Below, in pieces: positions 40,717-50,559 of a stretch of DNA of 64,000 nucleotides (the first letter of the stretch is position 1; each line of letters begins with the position of its first letter). Position numbers and translations under genes: made by a program. The notes under the pieces were generated by a model. That model was not told the origin of the DNA and searched no databases. It worked only from the letters and a program-made list of their open reading frames with translations. This DNA comes from Candidatus Eremiobacteria bacterium (GTDB lineage: Bacteria; Vulcanimicrobiota; Vulcanimicrobiia; Vulcanimicrobiales; Vulcanimicrobiaceae), in NCBI GenBank assembly GCA_963758295.1, contig CAVWUU010000001.1, positions 640,001-704,000 on the forward strand, written 5' to 3'.

Positions 40717-41100
40717 TTAGCGATTGGAGCCCTTGGCGCCCTTGTTGCGGTCGAAGAATGCCGGTTGGAATCCGGTGAAAATCGTCAGCCACATCGCCGT
40801 CGCGCCGCCTGCGGCGATCCATGCAAGGGTGGTGTAGTTGTCGATCGCCGGCTGAATTGCCGTGCCGATACGTTCCAGCGAATGCACGAAGAGCGTTCCG
40901 CCGCCAAGCACGACAAGCGTTACGAGCCAAATCACGATCGCGGCAACGACGCCGAGTCCGATCAGTTCGCCGAGCGAGAAGATGGGCGCGGGCTTATAAA
41001 CGGTTGTCGCGAGGATCGAAGCGCGCAGATCGGCGGGCGGTTCTTCGAGCGGAAGCGCAGAGAGGGCACGGTCAAGTGCGTCGTCGCTGTCGTAGTTCAT
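40717..41100 (-). CDS. Putative membrane anti-sigma factor
   Basis: Overlaps ECF stop; LP.EEPPADL then two TM helices. Confidence 0.65.
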   Translation of the reverse strand: MNYDSDDALDRALSALPLEEPPADLRASILATTVYKPAPIFSLGELIGLGVVAAIVIWLVTLVVLGGGTLFVHSLERIGTAIQPAIDNYTTLAWIAAGGATAMWLTIFTGFQPAFFDRNKGAKGSNR

Positions 41101-41681
41101 TCTGATACCTCCGCTGTGCCAAGCAGCTTGCGTAGCTGCTCCTTCGCTCGAAATAGGTGAGTCTTTACCGTGCCCATCGGCAGCCCCAAGACCTCTGCGA
41201 TCTCTTCGTACTGCTTACCCTGTAAATGGTACAGCGTAATGACCGTTCGATATTTTTCCGGTAGAGCGTCGATGGCCGCCCGCAGCCGCCGGGCTTCATC
41301 TAAGGCGATCGCTTGGCGTTCGGGGCCGGGGTTGGGGTCGGCCCGTTCCGGCATCTCTTCATTGCTATAACGCTTGCGGCGATTCAAACGGTCGCAGCAG
41401 GCATGGTAGGCGATCGCAAAAATCCAGGTCGAGAACTTTGAGCCGGGCTTGAACGTCTTGAGCGACCGGTACGCCTTGAAGAAGGCTTCTTGGGTGGCGT
41501 CGCGCGCTTCTTCGACGTCGTGCACGGTGCGATACGCGAGGTGGTACACCGCCCGGTCGTACCGTTCGACGAGCGTGGCAAACGCCTCCGAGTTTCCTCG
41601 AAGGGTCATCGCCACCAGTTCGCCGTCGTCCGGGCCGGGCCGCACGTTTACGCGCGGGGCCTCGGCAAGCATCGCCGACAT
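41097..41681 (-). CDS. ECF sigma factor (SigW/RpoE-like)
   Basis: AFATLVERY, DATQEAF, FSTWIFAIA, YEEIAEVLGLPMGTVKTHLFRA. Confidence 0.93.
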   Translation of the reverse strand: MSAMLAEAPRVNVRPGPDDGELVAMTLRGNSEAFATLVERYDRAVYHLAYRTVHDVEEARDATQEAFFKAYRSLKTFKPGSKFSTWIFAIAYHACCDRLNRRKRYSNEEMPERADPNPGPERQAIALDEARRLRAAIDALPEKYRTVITLYHLQGKQYEEIAEVLGLPMGTVKTHLFRAKEQLRKLLGTAEVSE

Positions 41682-41689
41682 GTCGCATG

Positions 41690-41716
41690 TACGGCTCGAG
41701 CGCCTGCCATGTTTCG
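41690..41716 (-). promoter_or_regulatory. ECF-type promoter for the sigma operon
   Basis: CGAAAC-N17-CGTA ending 8 nt before ATG 41681. Confidence 0.6.
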
Positions 41717-41726
41717 TTCTTGCGTC

Positions 41727-41752
41727 TGAAACAAGTAGCCCGGCCACCCGTA
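41727..41752 (+). promoter_or_regulatory. SigW-consensus promoter for the DUF4097-DUF6249 operon
   Basis: TGAAAC-N16-CGTA. Confidence 0.7.
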
Positions 41753-41938
41753 TCTGAGGCAGGAACAAAACCGGAGGCTAAACCCGACCATGATAACCTC
41801 GTCCACGGTACAAACGCTGAACAAAACGCTCCCGGCCGGAACGCGGCCGACAATTCCTCAAGGCGATGCAGCACACTCCGCGCAATCGCTGCGCCCCACC
41901 TTCGACGGTTGGGGTCCGAGGCTCTGAGGAGCACCGCA

Positions 41939-42886
41939 ATGGACTCGAAGCGCGTAGCGCTCGTCGCCATGCTCGTCGCTGTTGAAGTGCTCCTGCTCGG
42001 GCTGATTCTCAGCTCGCTGCACGTGGGCCCGATGAGCGGGCCGGTGTTCGCAGCTTCGGGACTTCATCGCGTCGACATCGATTCTAAATCATACGCGCCG
42101 GTCAACGCCGGCACGTCACCGGACGTGGAGATCGACGATAGCGACAATCACGTCGTCGTTACCGCGTCGACCGACGGACTCGTTCACGTCACCGACGCAC
42201 GCAGCATCCACGGATTAGTGTGGGGCGGCGGCAACGGATCCGATCTATCGATCGCGCACTTCGGGAATAGCGTAAAAATTACACGCGATGGACATTCAGG
42301 CGGTATGACGGGCATCTTCGGCTCGAGCTATCAACGCGTCGAAGTCGAAGTGCCGAGCGCATCGCACGTTCGCGTCACGGGGTCTTCCGGCGCCAATGTC
42401 AGCGGCATGCGCAATGACGTCGAAGTCGAGTCGCAAGACGGCCGCATCACGCTAGCCGATATTCGCGGCGACGTGAAGGCACGATCGGCGGACGGCAGCG
42501 TGCATCTCAGCGACATCGTCGCGGACTCGCTCGAAGTCAGCACCGCCGACGGGCGCGTCGAAGGCACCAACGTCGCGGTCGAAGGCAGCACGCCGCGCGC
42601 AACATTGCACAGCGACGACGGATCCGTGCGCATAAGCGGACGCTTCGCGCCCGGCGGCGCCTATCAACTTTCTACAAACGACGGTCAGGTGGAGCTGCAT
42701 CTTGCAGCGGACGCCGACCTTACCGTAAGCGCGAGCAGCGCCGACGGGAGAATTTATGTCGACGGATCGCGGTATGGGGACCGCGACTCATCGGCGCACA
42801 CGATTCGTCTGGGCAACGGCTCCGGCACGATGCAGCTAAGCTCGCAAGACGGATCGATCCACATTACGACGAACGGAGCGACCTAG
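41939..42886 (+). CDS. DUF4097 beta-strand repeat protein, membrane anchored
   Basis: SD GAGGAG, N-terminal TM, repeated S/T.DG.V/I. Confidence 0.8.
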   Translation: MDSKRVALVAMLVAVEVLLLGLILSSLHVGPMSGPVFAASGLHRVDIDSKSYAPVNAGTSPDVEIDDSDNHVVVTASTDGLVHVTDARSIHGLVWGGGNGSDLSIAHFGNSVKITRDGHSGGMTGIFGSSYQRVEVEVPSASHVRVTGSSGANVSGMRNDVEVESQDGRITLADIRGDVKARSADGSVHLSDIVADSLEVSTADGRVEGTNVAVEGSTPRATLHSDDGSVRISGRFAPGGAYQLSTNDGQVELHLAADADLTVSASSADGRIYVDGSRYGDRDSSAHTIRLGNGSGTMQLSSQDGSIHITTNGAT

Positions 42887-42890
42887 ATCA

Positions 42891-43511
42891 ATGCCTGATG
42901 AACTCATCCCCCTCTTTGGAATCTTCTTTCTCTTCGGAGCGCCCGTAGCGGCATGGATTGTGTCGCGAGTGCTGGCGCACCAGGAACGAATGGAGATGAT
43001 CCGCCGAGGCTATATTCCGCCGGCCGATCCGCGACTGGCCCGGCGCGCGGCGAAAATGGGCTGGCAGCAGCCCGGCGCGGTTCCACCGCCCTTCGGCAAC
43101 GTGCCGCCTCCGCCGGGAGCGGACTTCTTCGACCCAAGCTATTACGCGCAAACCCAAATGCGTAAGGGCATTACCGTAACCCTCATTGGCCTGGCGCTGC
43201 TCATCGGACTTTCGTTCATCGGCGCCCGCGGCGACGGGACGATCCATCCGGGTCCCTGGCTGCTCGGCGGCTTGATCCCCATGTTCGTGGGCATTGCCCA
43301 GGTGATTAACGCCGTGCTGAACGGCGCGCGCTTCCCAGGTCTTAATTCAGGTGCTCCGAGTGGACGCCCAGTCGATACCAGCTCGTTCGGTCCACGGCCG
43401 GCTGCCGGTCCGGGACCGATGCCCGAGCCGCCGTCGCAACCGTACGCCGGCTGGCGTCCGGGCCCAACGCCCGAAATTGAGAAGCCGGCGCCCCCGCCCG
43501 ATCTGCGATAA
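42891..43511 (+). CDS. DUF6249-like membrane protein
   Basis: TM, HQERMEMIRRG, GLIPMFVGIA, Pro-rich tail. Confidence 0.7.
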   Translation: MPDELIPLFGIFFLFGAPVAAWIVSRVLAHQERMEMIRRGYIPPADPRLARRAAKMGWQQPGAVPPPFGNVPPPPGADFFDPSYYAQTQMRKGITVTLIGLALLIGLSFIGARGDGTIHPGPWLLGGLIPMFVGIAQVINAVLNGARFPGLNSGAPSGRPVDTSSFGPRPAAGPGPMPEPPSQPYAGWRPGPTPEIEKPAPPPDLR

Positions 43512-43540
43512 ACTTCGCTTCGTTCGTCCCCTAAGACAAA

Positions 43541-43572
43541 AGACGCCGCCGGTTTTACCGGCGGCGTCTCTT
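43541..43572. terminator. Intrinsic terminator between convergent genes
   Basis: AGACGCCGCCGGT-ttt-ACCGGCGGCGTCT. Confidence 0.8.
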
Positions 43573-43637
43573 GCTGCTGCTAGAGGTTTAACTTGAAAGG
43601 AATGATTGCGTTTAGTGAAGCGACGTTTGTCGGAGGA

Positions 43638-43778
43638 TTACCGGCAGTTGACGAGTGCGATCGCCCAGCCAGCCGTGGTTCTTGTACGAACAAGATATCC
43701 GTCCGCAGTCCGGTCGTACACCTGATACCCGGCGCGAAGCGCGTCGGCTAGCGATTTAAAGACCATAAGACCTGCCAT
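43638..43778 (-). CDS. Small 46-aa hypothetical protein
   Basis: SD AAGGAGG; MAGLMVFKSLADALRAGYQVYDRTADGYLVRTRTTAGWAIALVNCR; below the ORF-track cutoff. Confidence 0.7.
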   Translation of the reverse strand: MAGLMVFKSLADALRAGYQVYDRTADGYLVRTRTTAGWAIALVNCR

Positions 43779-43898
43779 CTGCGGACCCTCCTTCCCGACG
43801 ATTTTTCGTCTCTGTTCTATATAACGGCTTTTGTCTCACAAAGGTTCAGTGTTTCGCCCCGGATTTTTCTTAGAATTTGCGAAACTGTTGTTTTTATT

Positions 43899-44724
43899 AT
43901 GCCCACCATCTCGCCGTATGTCACCGTTCATTCCGTTAGCGTTATCGACCGAAAAGAACTCGCACCTAACGTATTCCTTATTAGTTTCGACGCTCCGGAA
44001 CTTGTGCGCGTGACCCGTCCGGGGCAATTCGTTATGGTCATTCCTCCTAGTGGAGAGTCTGCGGCTACGGCATTAGGACTTTATGAAGCGGACGGGCGCC
44101 ATGCCAGCCTCGTCTTTTTTGTTGTCGGGCCGCGAACGCGCGAACTTGCGGCGTTGCGAGCAGGCGATACGCTTGGTGTCGTGGGTCCGCTTGGCAACGG
44201 ATTTACCCTCGCTCCGGCCGATAAAGACGTGGCCATCGTAGCGGGGGGCGTGGGCATCGCCTCGGTTCTGCTTCCCGCTCAGGCGCTTGTACGGGCCGGC
44301 GCGCGCGTGCGGCTTCTTTACGGCGCTCGCAACGCTGAATTACTCGTGGAAGCCGAGCGTTTCCGTGAAGAAGGCTGTGAAGTACTCGTTGCAACGGACG
44401 ACGGAAGCGAGGGACATCACGGGTACGTTACCGATCTGCTTGCAACGCTGAGCGATCCGCCGCAAATGATTCTTGCCTGCGGTCCCTCGCCGATGTTGCG
44501 TTCGGTCGCGCGAGTCGCCGCCGAGTCGAACGTTCCGGCGCAGTTGTCGCTGGAAGAAACGTTTGCATGCGGCGTCGGCGGATGCTGGGGCTGCGTCGTT
44601 CCGCTTGTCGGCACGAGCGCACAGGCACCGAGCTTTCCCCGCGGAACGCGGCGGCAGCGACGTCGTGTACGCGCGCATTTGCAAAGAGGGCCCGGTCTTT
44701 TGGGCCCACGAGCTGCGATGGTAA
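43899..44724 (+). CDS. pyrK: Dihydroorotate dehydrogenase electron transfer subunit (frameshift at about 44650)
   Basis: PGQFV, GPLGNGF, AGGVG, CGPSPM, CGVGGCWGC ... RICKEGPVF. Confidence 0.9.
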
Positions 44725-44803
44725 ATTCGGCGAAGCCGAACGCGTCGGGTTTTTAACGCTACACTCAAAAGCCGCCGTATACGAAAGTAAAAGAATAGAA
44801 CAG

Positions 44804-45769
44804 ATGTTAGCAACGACAGAAATAGATCTAACTACGACGGTAGGAAAACTCGAGTTGCCCTACCCGACGTTCATGGGCAGCGGTTGTTACGGCAGCGGCG
44901 AGGAATTTGCGCCGTTCGTCGACCTAAGCAAAATCGGCGCGGTGGTGCTGAAGAGCGTTACGCGGCAACCGCGTTTGGGCAATCCGACAGCGCGGCTCGT
45001 TCATACGCCCTCGGGGATGTTAAATGCCATCGGCTTGCAGAATCCGGGCATCGACTGGTACATGGAGCACGACGTCGCGAAGTTTGCGTCGCGCCCGTGC
45101 GCCGTTGTCGGCAGCGTCGCCGGCTTCTCGGTCGACGATTATGCCTATGTTTGCCAACGATTGGCTTCGCGTGACGAAATCAAAGCCATCGAACTGAACA
45201 TCTCCTGCCCGAACGTCGCGAGTGAAGGCGAAACCTTCGCCTGCGATCCCAAACTCACCGCAAAAGTGGTTAGCAGCGCGCGTTCGACCACCGACAAGAC
45301 ATTGATCGTGAAGCTTTCGCCCAACGTCACGGATATCGCCGGGATAGCCCGCGAAGCCGAGAGCGCCGGTGCCGATGCGCTCGCCGTCGTCAATACCGTG
45401 CGCGGGATGGCGATCGACGTAGAAACGTGGCGGCCGCGTCTGGGCAACGTCACCGGCGGGCTATCGGGCCCGGCGATCCGGCCCATCGCGGTGCTCGCCG
45501 TTTATGAAGTCGCGCGCGCGGTCAAGATTCCGATTATCGGACAGGGCGGCATCGAAACCGTCAGCGACGCGCTCGAATTCTTTCTCGCCGGTGCGACGGC
45601 CATCTCGGTTGGCACCGGCAACTTCACCGATCCCCGAATTCCGGTACGCATCGTGGACGAACTTCGAGACTACCTTGCGCGCAAGAATTTGCGATCGCTC
45701 AGGCAAATCGTGGGCAAAGCCAATGTCGGCTTCGCAAATCCATACCAATACGAGGGAGATGAAGGTTGA
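44804..45769 (+). CDS. pyrD: Dihydroorotate dehydrogenase class 1B
   Basis: NAIGLQNPG, ELNISCPN, KLSPN, GGLSGPAI. Confidence 0.95.
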   Translation: MLATTEIDLTTTVGKLELPYPTFMGSGCYGSGEEFAPFVDLSKIGAVVLKSVTRQPRLGNPTARLVHTPSGMLNAIGLQNPGIDWYMEHDVAKFASRPCAVVGSVAGFSVDDYAYVCQRLASRDEIKAIELNISCPNVASEGETFACDPKLTAKVVSSARSTTDKTLIVKLSPNVTDIAGIAREAESAGADALAVVNTVRGMAIDVETWRPRLGNVTGGLSGPAIRPIAVLAVYEVARAVKIPIIGQGGIETVSDALEFFLAGATAISVGTGNFTDPRIPVRIVDELRDYLARKNLRSLRQIVGKANVGFANPYQYEGDEG

Positions 45770-46476
45770 GTCAACTGATCGTCGCGCTGGACGTTCCGAG
45801 CGCTGAAGACGCCGAACGGCTGATAGACGAGCTGTATGAACTCGATGTCATCTTCAAAGTGGGTATGGAAGCTGCTTACGGGTACGGCAACCGGATTTTT
45901 TCGTATCTGGAGTCGCGCGACGTTCGTTACTTCGTCGATTTGAAGCTGCACGATATTCCGCGCACTGTCGGCGCCGCGATTCGGCAGCTGGTGCGCCCGG
46001 GTGCGCACATCATCAACGTCCACGCGCTGGGCGGCGACGAGATGATGCGCACGGCGGTCCAAAATGCGTACGAACGGGCCGATGAACTAGGCCTGAGCCG
46101 TCCGCACGTTTTTGCGGTGACGATTCTTACGAGCCATGGAGTCGCCGATCTCGGTGAACTGGGGCTTACCGGCGGTCCGGGCGAAAATGCGACGCGCCTA
46201 GCCGCGTTGGCGCGCGATGCAGGGTGTTCCGGCGTCGTATGCAGCGCGCATGAAGTCGCCGATTTGAAGAATTTTTTCGGTCAAGACTTCTTGGCGCTTA
46301 CCCCGGGCATTCGCCCTTCGGGCGCGTCGCACGGCGATCAGAAGCGCGTGATGACCCCCGCGATGGCGGTCGCGGCCGGCGCCGATTACCTCGTGGTCGG
46401 ACGTCCCATCACGGAAGCACCAAATCGGTTGGAAGCCGCAAAGGCGATTCTCAAAGAGATGCAAAGTCCCGCATAA
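45766..46476 (+). CDS. pyrF: OMP decarboxylase
   Basis: DLKLHDIPRT, TPGIR, DQKRV, VVGRPI. Confidence 0.95.
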   Translation: MSQLIVALDVPSAEDAERLIDELYELDVIFKVGMEAAYGYGNRIFSYLESRDVRYFVDLKLHDIPRTVGAAIRQLVRPGAHIINVHALGGDEMMRTAVQNAYERADELGLSRPHVFAVTILTSHGVADLGELGLTGGPGENATRLAALARDAGCSGVVCSAHEVADLKNFFGQDFLALTPGIRPSGASHGDQKRVMTPAMAVAAGADYLVVGRPITEAPNRLEAAKAILKEMQSPA

Positions 46477-47040
46477 ATGGCGTTCGATCTTATGAAGGCA
46501 CTCGAAGACCGCGGAGCGCTCCTGAACGGGCACTTTCGCTTGAGCTCGGGGCGCCACAGCAACCGGTTCGTTCAGAAATTCCGCGTGCTCGAAAGCCCGC
46601 CGCTCGTTGAAGCGGTGGCGCGGCAGATCGCCGACGCCTTTCGCATGGATAACGTGACGATCGTCGTGAGCGCCGCCGTCGGCGGTATCGTGCTGGGGTA
46701 CGAAGTTGCGCGCCAGCTCGGCACGGACGCGATCTTCGTGGAGAAAGAAAACGGTGTTGCGGTGCTGCGCCGCAGCTTCCAACTGAACCCCGAAGATCGT
46801 GTGCTCGTCGTAGAAGACGTCGTTACGACCGGCATGTCCGTTCGCGAAGTGTTGAACGTCGTGCGGCAGCATGGCGCAACGCCCGTGGGCGTGGGCGTGA
46901 TCGTCGAGCGCGGTGCGGCGGATTTCGGCGTGCGAACGGAGGCGCTATTGAAATTACCGATCGAATCGTACGAGGCTGCGGAGTGTCCGCAGTGCGAACG
47001 GAACGAGGCGATCACCGACCCGGGATCGCGGCGTAAATAG
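46477..47040 (+). CDS. pyrE: Orotate phosphoribosyltransferase
   Basis: GHFRLSSGRHS, VVEDVVTTG. Confidence 0.94.
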   Translation: MAFDLMKALEDRGALLNGHFRLSSGRHSNRFVQKFRVLESPPLVEAVARQIADAFRMDNVTIVVSAAVGGIVLGYEVARQLGTDAIFVEKENGVAVLRRSFQLNPEDRVLVVEDVVTTGMSVREVLNVVRQHGATPVGVGVIVERGAADFGVRTEALLKLPIESYEAAECPQCERNEAITDPGSRRK

Positions 47041-47043
47041 TCT

Positions 47044-47499
47044 ATGACGATTCGCGATGCGCTGCCGGAGGATAAGTCGTTCATCGAAACACTCGGCAAG
47101 CGCACCGTGATGGGGAGCGTCTCCGCGTGGCGTCATGCGGAGCCCGCAGAGGTACTGCGCAGCTACGACCGGCTGCTCCGAATCGTTAACGGGCAGTCGC
47201 ACCTCACCCTCATCGCGGAAGACAATGGCCACCGCGCCGGGTTTCTTCTGCTGCTGGACCGGCTTCCCGACGAAGTTACCGGCGAAGAAGAAGGGTTCAT
47301 CGCCTATATGGCCGTCGAGCGCGAACACCGGCGCGCCGGCGTGGGCGCAGCGTTGCTTGCGCGGGCTGAAGATGAGGCCCGGCGTCGCGGATTGCCGTAT
47401 ATGACGCTAATGGTTACCGAGGAGAACGCGGCCGCGCGCGCACTTTATGAAAGTGCCGGCTATACGACGGAGCGGCGGCTGCTATGCAAAACGCTCTGA
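47044..47499 (+). CDS. GNAT acetyltransferase
   Basis: HRRAGVGAALL, NAAARALYESAGY. Confidence 0.87.
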   Translation: MTIRDALPEDKSFIETLGKRTVMGSVSAWRHAEPAEVLRSYDRLLRIVNGQSHLTLIAEDNGHRAGFLLLLDRLPDEVTGEEEGFIAYMAVEREHRRAGVGAALLARAEDEARRRGLPYMTLMVTEENAAARALYESAGYTTERRLLCKTL

Positions 47500-48566
47500 G
47501 CCCCGCCGGCTGGCGCCGCATTATGGTGGGCTTCGCCGTCGTCGTTGTCGTGATCGCAGCGTGGATCTTCATTTGGCACATCCCGCGCACGATGGCGATC
47601 TTTTTGATCGCAGCCTTCATCGCATTCGGCGTGCAGCCCGTCGCGCGCCGTCTAGAAGCGAAGCTGCCCAAAGCACTGGCGATCGCCATCGTCTTCGCCG
47701 TGTTGATTCTTGTCATCGTGATCGGTTTGGTGATTATCGTTCCGCTTACGGTCGCGCAGTTGCAAGTGCTCGGCAACAACATGCCCTCGTACATCCTCGG
47801 CATGCAAAATTGGGTTTCCGGTGCCGAACAATGGCTGCAGGGCCGCGTTCCGGGGCTGCATCTTACCTCGAATACCTTCGATATCGCGCAGTTGAGTTCG
47901 GCACGGTTAAACGCCCTTGCAACGGGAACGCTCACGTCGCTGGGCGCGATCGTCATCGGCACGGCCACGGCGTTTTTCGTGGCTTTTTCCGCCATCGTTC
48001 TCTCGTTTTTCTTCCTGCTCAACAATACGCAGATCTCCGAGGGATTTGCGGCAATGTTTCCGGTCGATCGCCGCGAAACCGCGCGAAAGCTCGCGGCGGA
48101 AATAACCGAAACGTTCGGCAGCTACATCTCGGGGCAAGTCATCGTCTGCGCGATCACCGGCGTCGTGATTTCGATTCTGAGCGCGGCCATCGGCTTCAAA
48201 TTTTCCCTGATCCTAGGCATCATCTCGGCCGTCGCTTACGCGATTCCAGTCATCGGAATGCTCATCGCGGAAGCCATCGCGATCGTCCTTTGCGCGCCGC
48301 AGGGCGGATGGATGATCCTCTGGGTGCAAGTCATCATGTTCGGCATGGCACGGGTCAGCGACAATATTCTCGTGCCGCGTATCATGGGATCGTCCGTCGG
48401 CGTTTCGCCGATCGGCGTGATGTTCGCGGTCTTCGCGGGTGGCGAATTATTCGGCATACCGGGCTTGCTTTTAGGCATCCCGGCGGCCGCTCTTATCAAA
48501 ATACTGTGGCGCTACTTCGTTGCGCCGTGGCTCATAGCGCAGCTCGATCGTACGGCCGTGCGCTAG
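47484..48566 (+). CDS. AI-2E/PerM family transporter
   Basis: YISGQ, IPVIG, DNILVPRIMG, GGELFGIPG. Confidence 0.9.
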   Translation: MQNALSPAGWRRIMVGFAVVVVVIAAWIFIWHIPRTMAIFLIAAFIAFGVQPVARRLEAKLPKALAIAIVFAVLILVIVIGLVIIVPLTVAQLQVLGNNMPSYILGMQNWVSGAEQWLQGRVPGLHLTSNTFDIAQLSSARLNALATGTLTSLGAIVIGTATAFFVAFSAIVLSFFFLLNNTQISEGFAAMFPVDRRETARKLAAEITETFGSYISGQVIVCAITGVVISILSAAIGFKFSLILGIISAVAYAIPVIGMLIAEAIAIVLCAPQGGWMILWVQVIMFGMARVSDNILVPRIMGSSVGVSPIGVMFAVFAGGELFGIPGLLLGIPAAALIKILWRYFVAPWLIAQLDRTAVR

Positions 48567-49348
48567 CTTCGGTCACGAAGCCCTTGAAGCTCTGCGCGCA
48601 GGGCCTTCAATTCTTTCATGACGTCCGCGTTCGTCGGCTCTGTTTCATCTGCGGAGGCATCCTTGTGCACGAAGTAACTCGCAATTGCGGCGGTGATGTA
48701 GCCGAAAACCGAAAAGGCGAAGAGCGCGAGTAGGAAGCACAGCACCTGGCCGCCGGCGGTTTGCGGATAGTACGCGGAGCCCATCGTCGTCATAATCATG
48801 CCGGTCCACCACAACGCGTACCCGAAGCTCGGAATCGCGTTCGCTGAATGGGGCTCGAGGGCATAAATGCCGGCCGCGCCCGCAAACGTGACAACGAGGG
48901 AAACGGCGAGCACGTAAGCCATGCCTCGCCGCCGCATCGTGGATCCGAGCACCGTGATGCTGCGGTTGAGTCCGCTGAGCAGCCGGAAGATAAGGACTTG
49001 CCAGGACGGGAGCATCGCCAGAAGCCGCGTGAGCCGCAAAACGCTCAGCGCCGGCAAGACCAAGCTCAAAGCAACGAGCCAGTGCCGCTTGAGAAATGAA
49101 ATCTTCTTCGGTGCAATCAGCAGCCGGATAGTAAAATCGACGACGAAGATCACCCAAACGGCGATCGTTGCATCGTTGATCCACGCGTTCTGTCCGTAAA
49201 CCAGCTGCAAAACCAGGAGAAGAAGCCATAGGATGCCGAGGAAAATCAGCGGCTTCTCGAGCGCGCCGTCGATCTTGCGAAGAAGGGCAAAACGCTCTCT
49301 TGCAACGGCGCGCGGATGCGGTTCTACGCGGGGAGCGTTCTGTGCCAT
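48563..49348 (-). CDS. 6-TM potassium-channel-like ion transporter
   Basis: S4-like LRLTRLL, pore helix ALWW, filter TTMGS. Confidence 0.82.
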   Translation of the reverse strand: MAQNAPRVEPHPRAVARERFALLRKIDGALEKPLIFLGILWLLLLVLQLVYGQNAWINDATIAVWVIFVVDFTIRLLIAPKKISFLKRHWLVALSLVLPALSVLRLTRLLAMLPSWQVLIFRLLSGLNRSITVLGSTMRRRGMAYVLAVSLVVTFAGAAGIYALEPHSANAIPSFGYALWWTGMIMTTMGSAYYPQTAGGQVLCFLLALFAFSVFGYITAAIASYFVHKDASADETEPTNADVMKELKALRAELQGLRDRS

Positions 49349-49390
49349 ACTGGAACTATTCCCATCTGGGTTCCAACGATAGGAGGCCTC

Positions 49391-50554
49391 TTGCGCCACC
49401 TCATTGCGTTGCTTTCGGTCCTGCTCTTGGCGCTCTCGAGCGGTACGTCGGATATCTCAGGCACTTGGCAGGGCGTAATGGATGGTCCCACGGGCAAAAT
49501 TCGACGCATCATGGTGATCGCGAAGAATGGTCCCGTATACGGCGTAACGATTCACAGTATCGACGAGACCGACGTCCCGATCGTCACAAAGAACGTCACG
49601 GTATCCGGCCACGCCGTTACGATGAAGTTCGACATGAACGCCGATCCATGGCTTGATTATCACCGCCTCTATCAAGCCCATCTCTCTTCGAACGGATCGG
49701 AGTTGAGCGGCACCTGGTCGATTCCCGGTTTTAAGCCGGTCGTCATGGATTACGCGCGCGTCGCGCATGCGTCATGGCCGGTTGTCGAACCGAAGACGAC
49801 GATGGTCGAAGTCCAGCCGGGCGTGCGTGTTGAGGTGCTGGACTGGGGCGGCAGCGGACGGCCGGTGTTCTTGCTCGCGGGAGCCGGGAACACGGGCCAC
49901 GATTTCTTCGGCCTGGTGCCAAAATTGGAGAGCCGCTACCATGTCTACTCGATGACGCGGCGCGGTTTCGGGAACTCCAGCAAGCCGCCTTTTACCGCAC
50001 GAAATTATTCTGCGGACCGCTTGGGCGATGACGTCGTCGCGGCAATCGACGCAATGCATTTGGTAAGGCCCGTGCTCATCGGCCATTCGCTCGGCGGAGA
50101 AGAATTAAGCGACGTGGGGACGCGTTATCCCCAAAAGGCGTCAGCGTTAATTTATTTAGACGCCGGCTACTGGTACGCATTCGATTCCGGGCATAAGCCG
50201 GCCGATGCATCACTAAGAGCCGATGCCCCGCCGGAATTGCGCGCGCTCCTAGGCGGCACAAAAAGCTTCAAGGGGCCCATAAACCTTCCAATTCTGGCGA
50301 TTTTCGCGTATCCGAAAAACTATTCGCATCTTCCCAAAGCTTATCGCACCGCGCAGAAAATCAAGGAAAACAATGCCGCCGACGATGCCGAAATTTCGGG
50401 CTTCACACGCGGACTTCCGAACGCGAAAGTGATCCGCATTGCCAATGCAGATCACTTCATTTACGTCTCGAACCAGACCGACGTCCTGCGCGACATCAAC
50501 GGCTTCATCGGCGCCTTGCCGCGTGCTAGACAGCGTCCCGGCGGATCGAGGTAG
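49391..50554 (+). CDS. Secreted alpha/beta hydrolase with N-terminal beta domain
   Basis: SD AGGAGG plus TTG; GHSLGG, ADHF. Confidence 0.85.
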   Translation: MRHLIALLSVLLLALSSGTSDISGTWQGVMDGPTGKIRRIMVIAKNGPVYGVTIHSIDETDVPIVTKNVTVSGHAVTMKFDMNADPWLDYHRLYQAHLSSNGSELSGTWSIPGFKPVVMDYARVAHASWPVVEPKTTMVEVQPGVRVEVLDWGGSGRPVFLLAGAGNTGHDFFGLVPKLESRYHVYSMTRRGFGNSSKPPFTARNYSADRLGDDVVAAIDAMHLVRPVLIGHSLGGEELSDVGTRYPQKASALIYLDAGYWYAFDSGHKPADASLRADAPPELRALLGGTKSFKGPINLPILAIFAYPKNYSHLPKAYRTAQKIKENNAADDAEISGFTRGLPNAKVIRIANADHFIYVSNQTDVLRDINGFIGALPRARQRPGGSR

Positions 50555-50559
50555 CGAAT

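Noticed and set aside
44797..44810. LexA/SOS box GAACAGATGTTA at the pyrD start
   Set aside because: Mismatch in the conserved GTTC half-site, and pyrD is not an expected SOS target.
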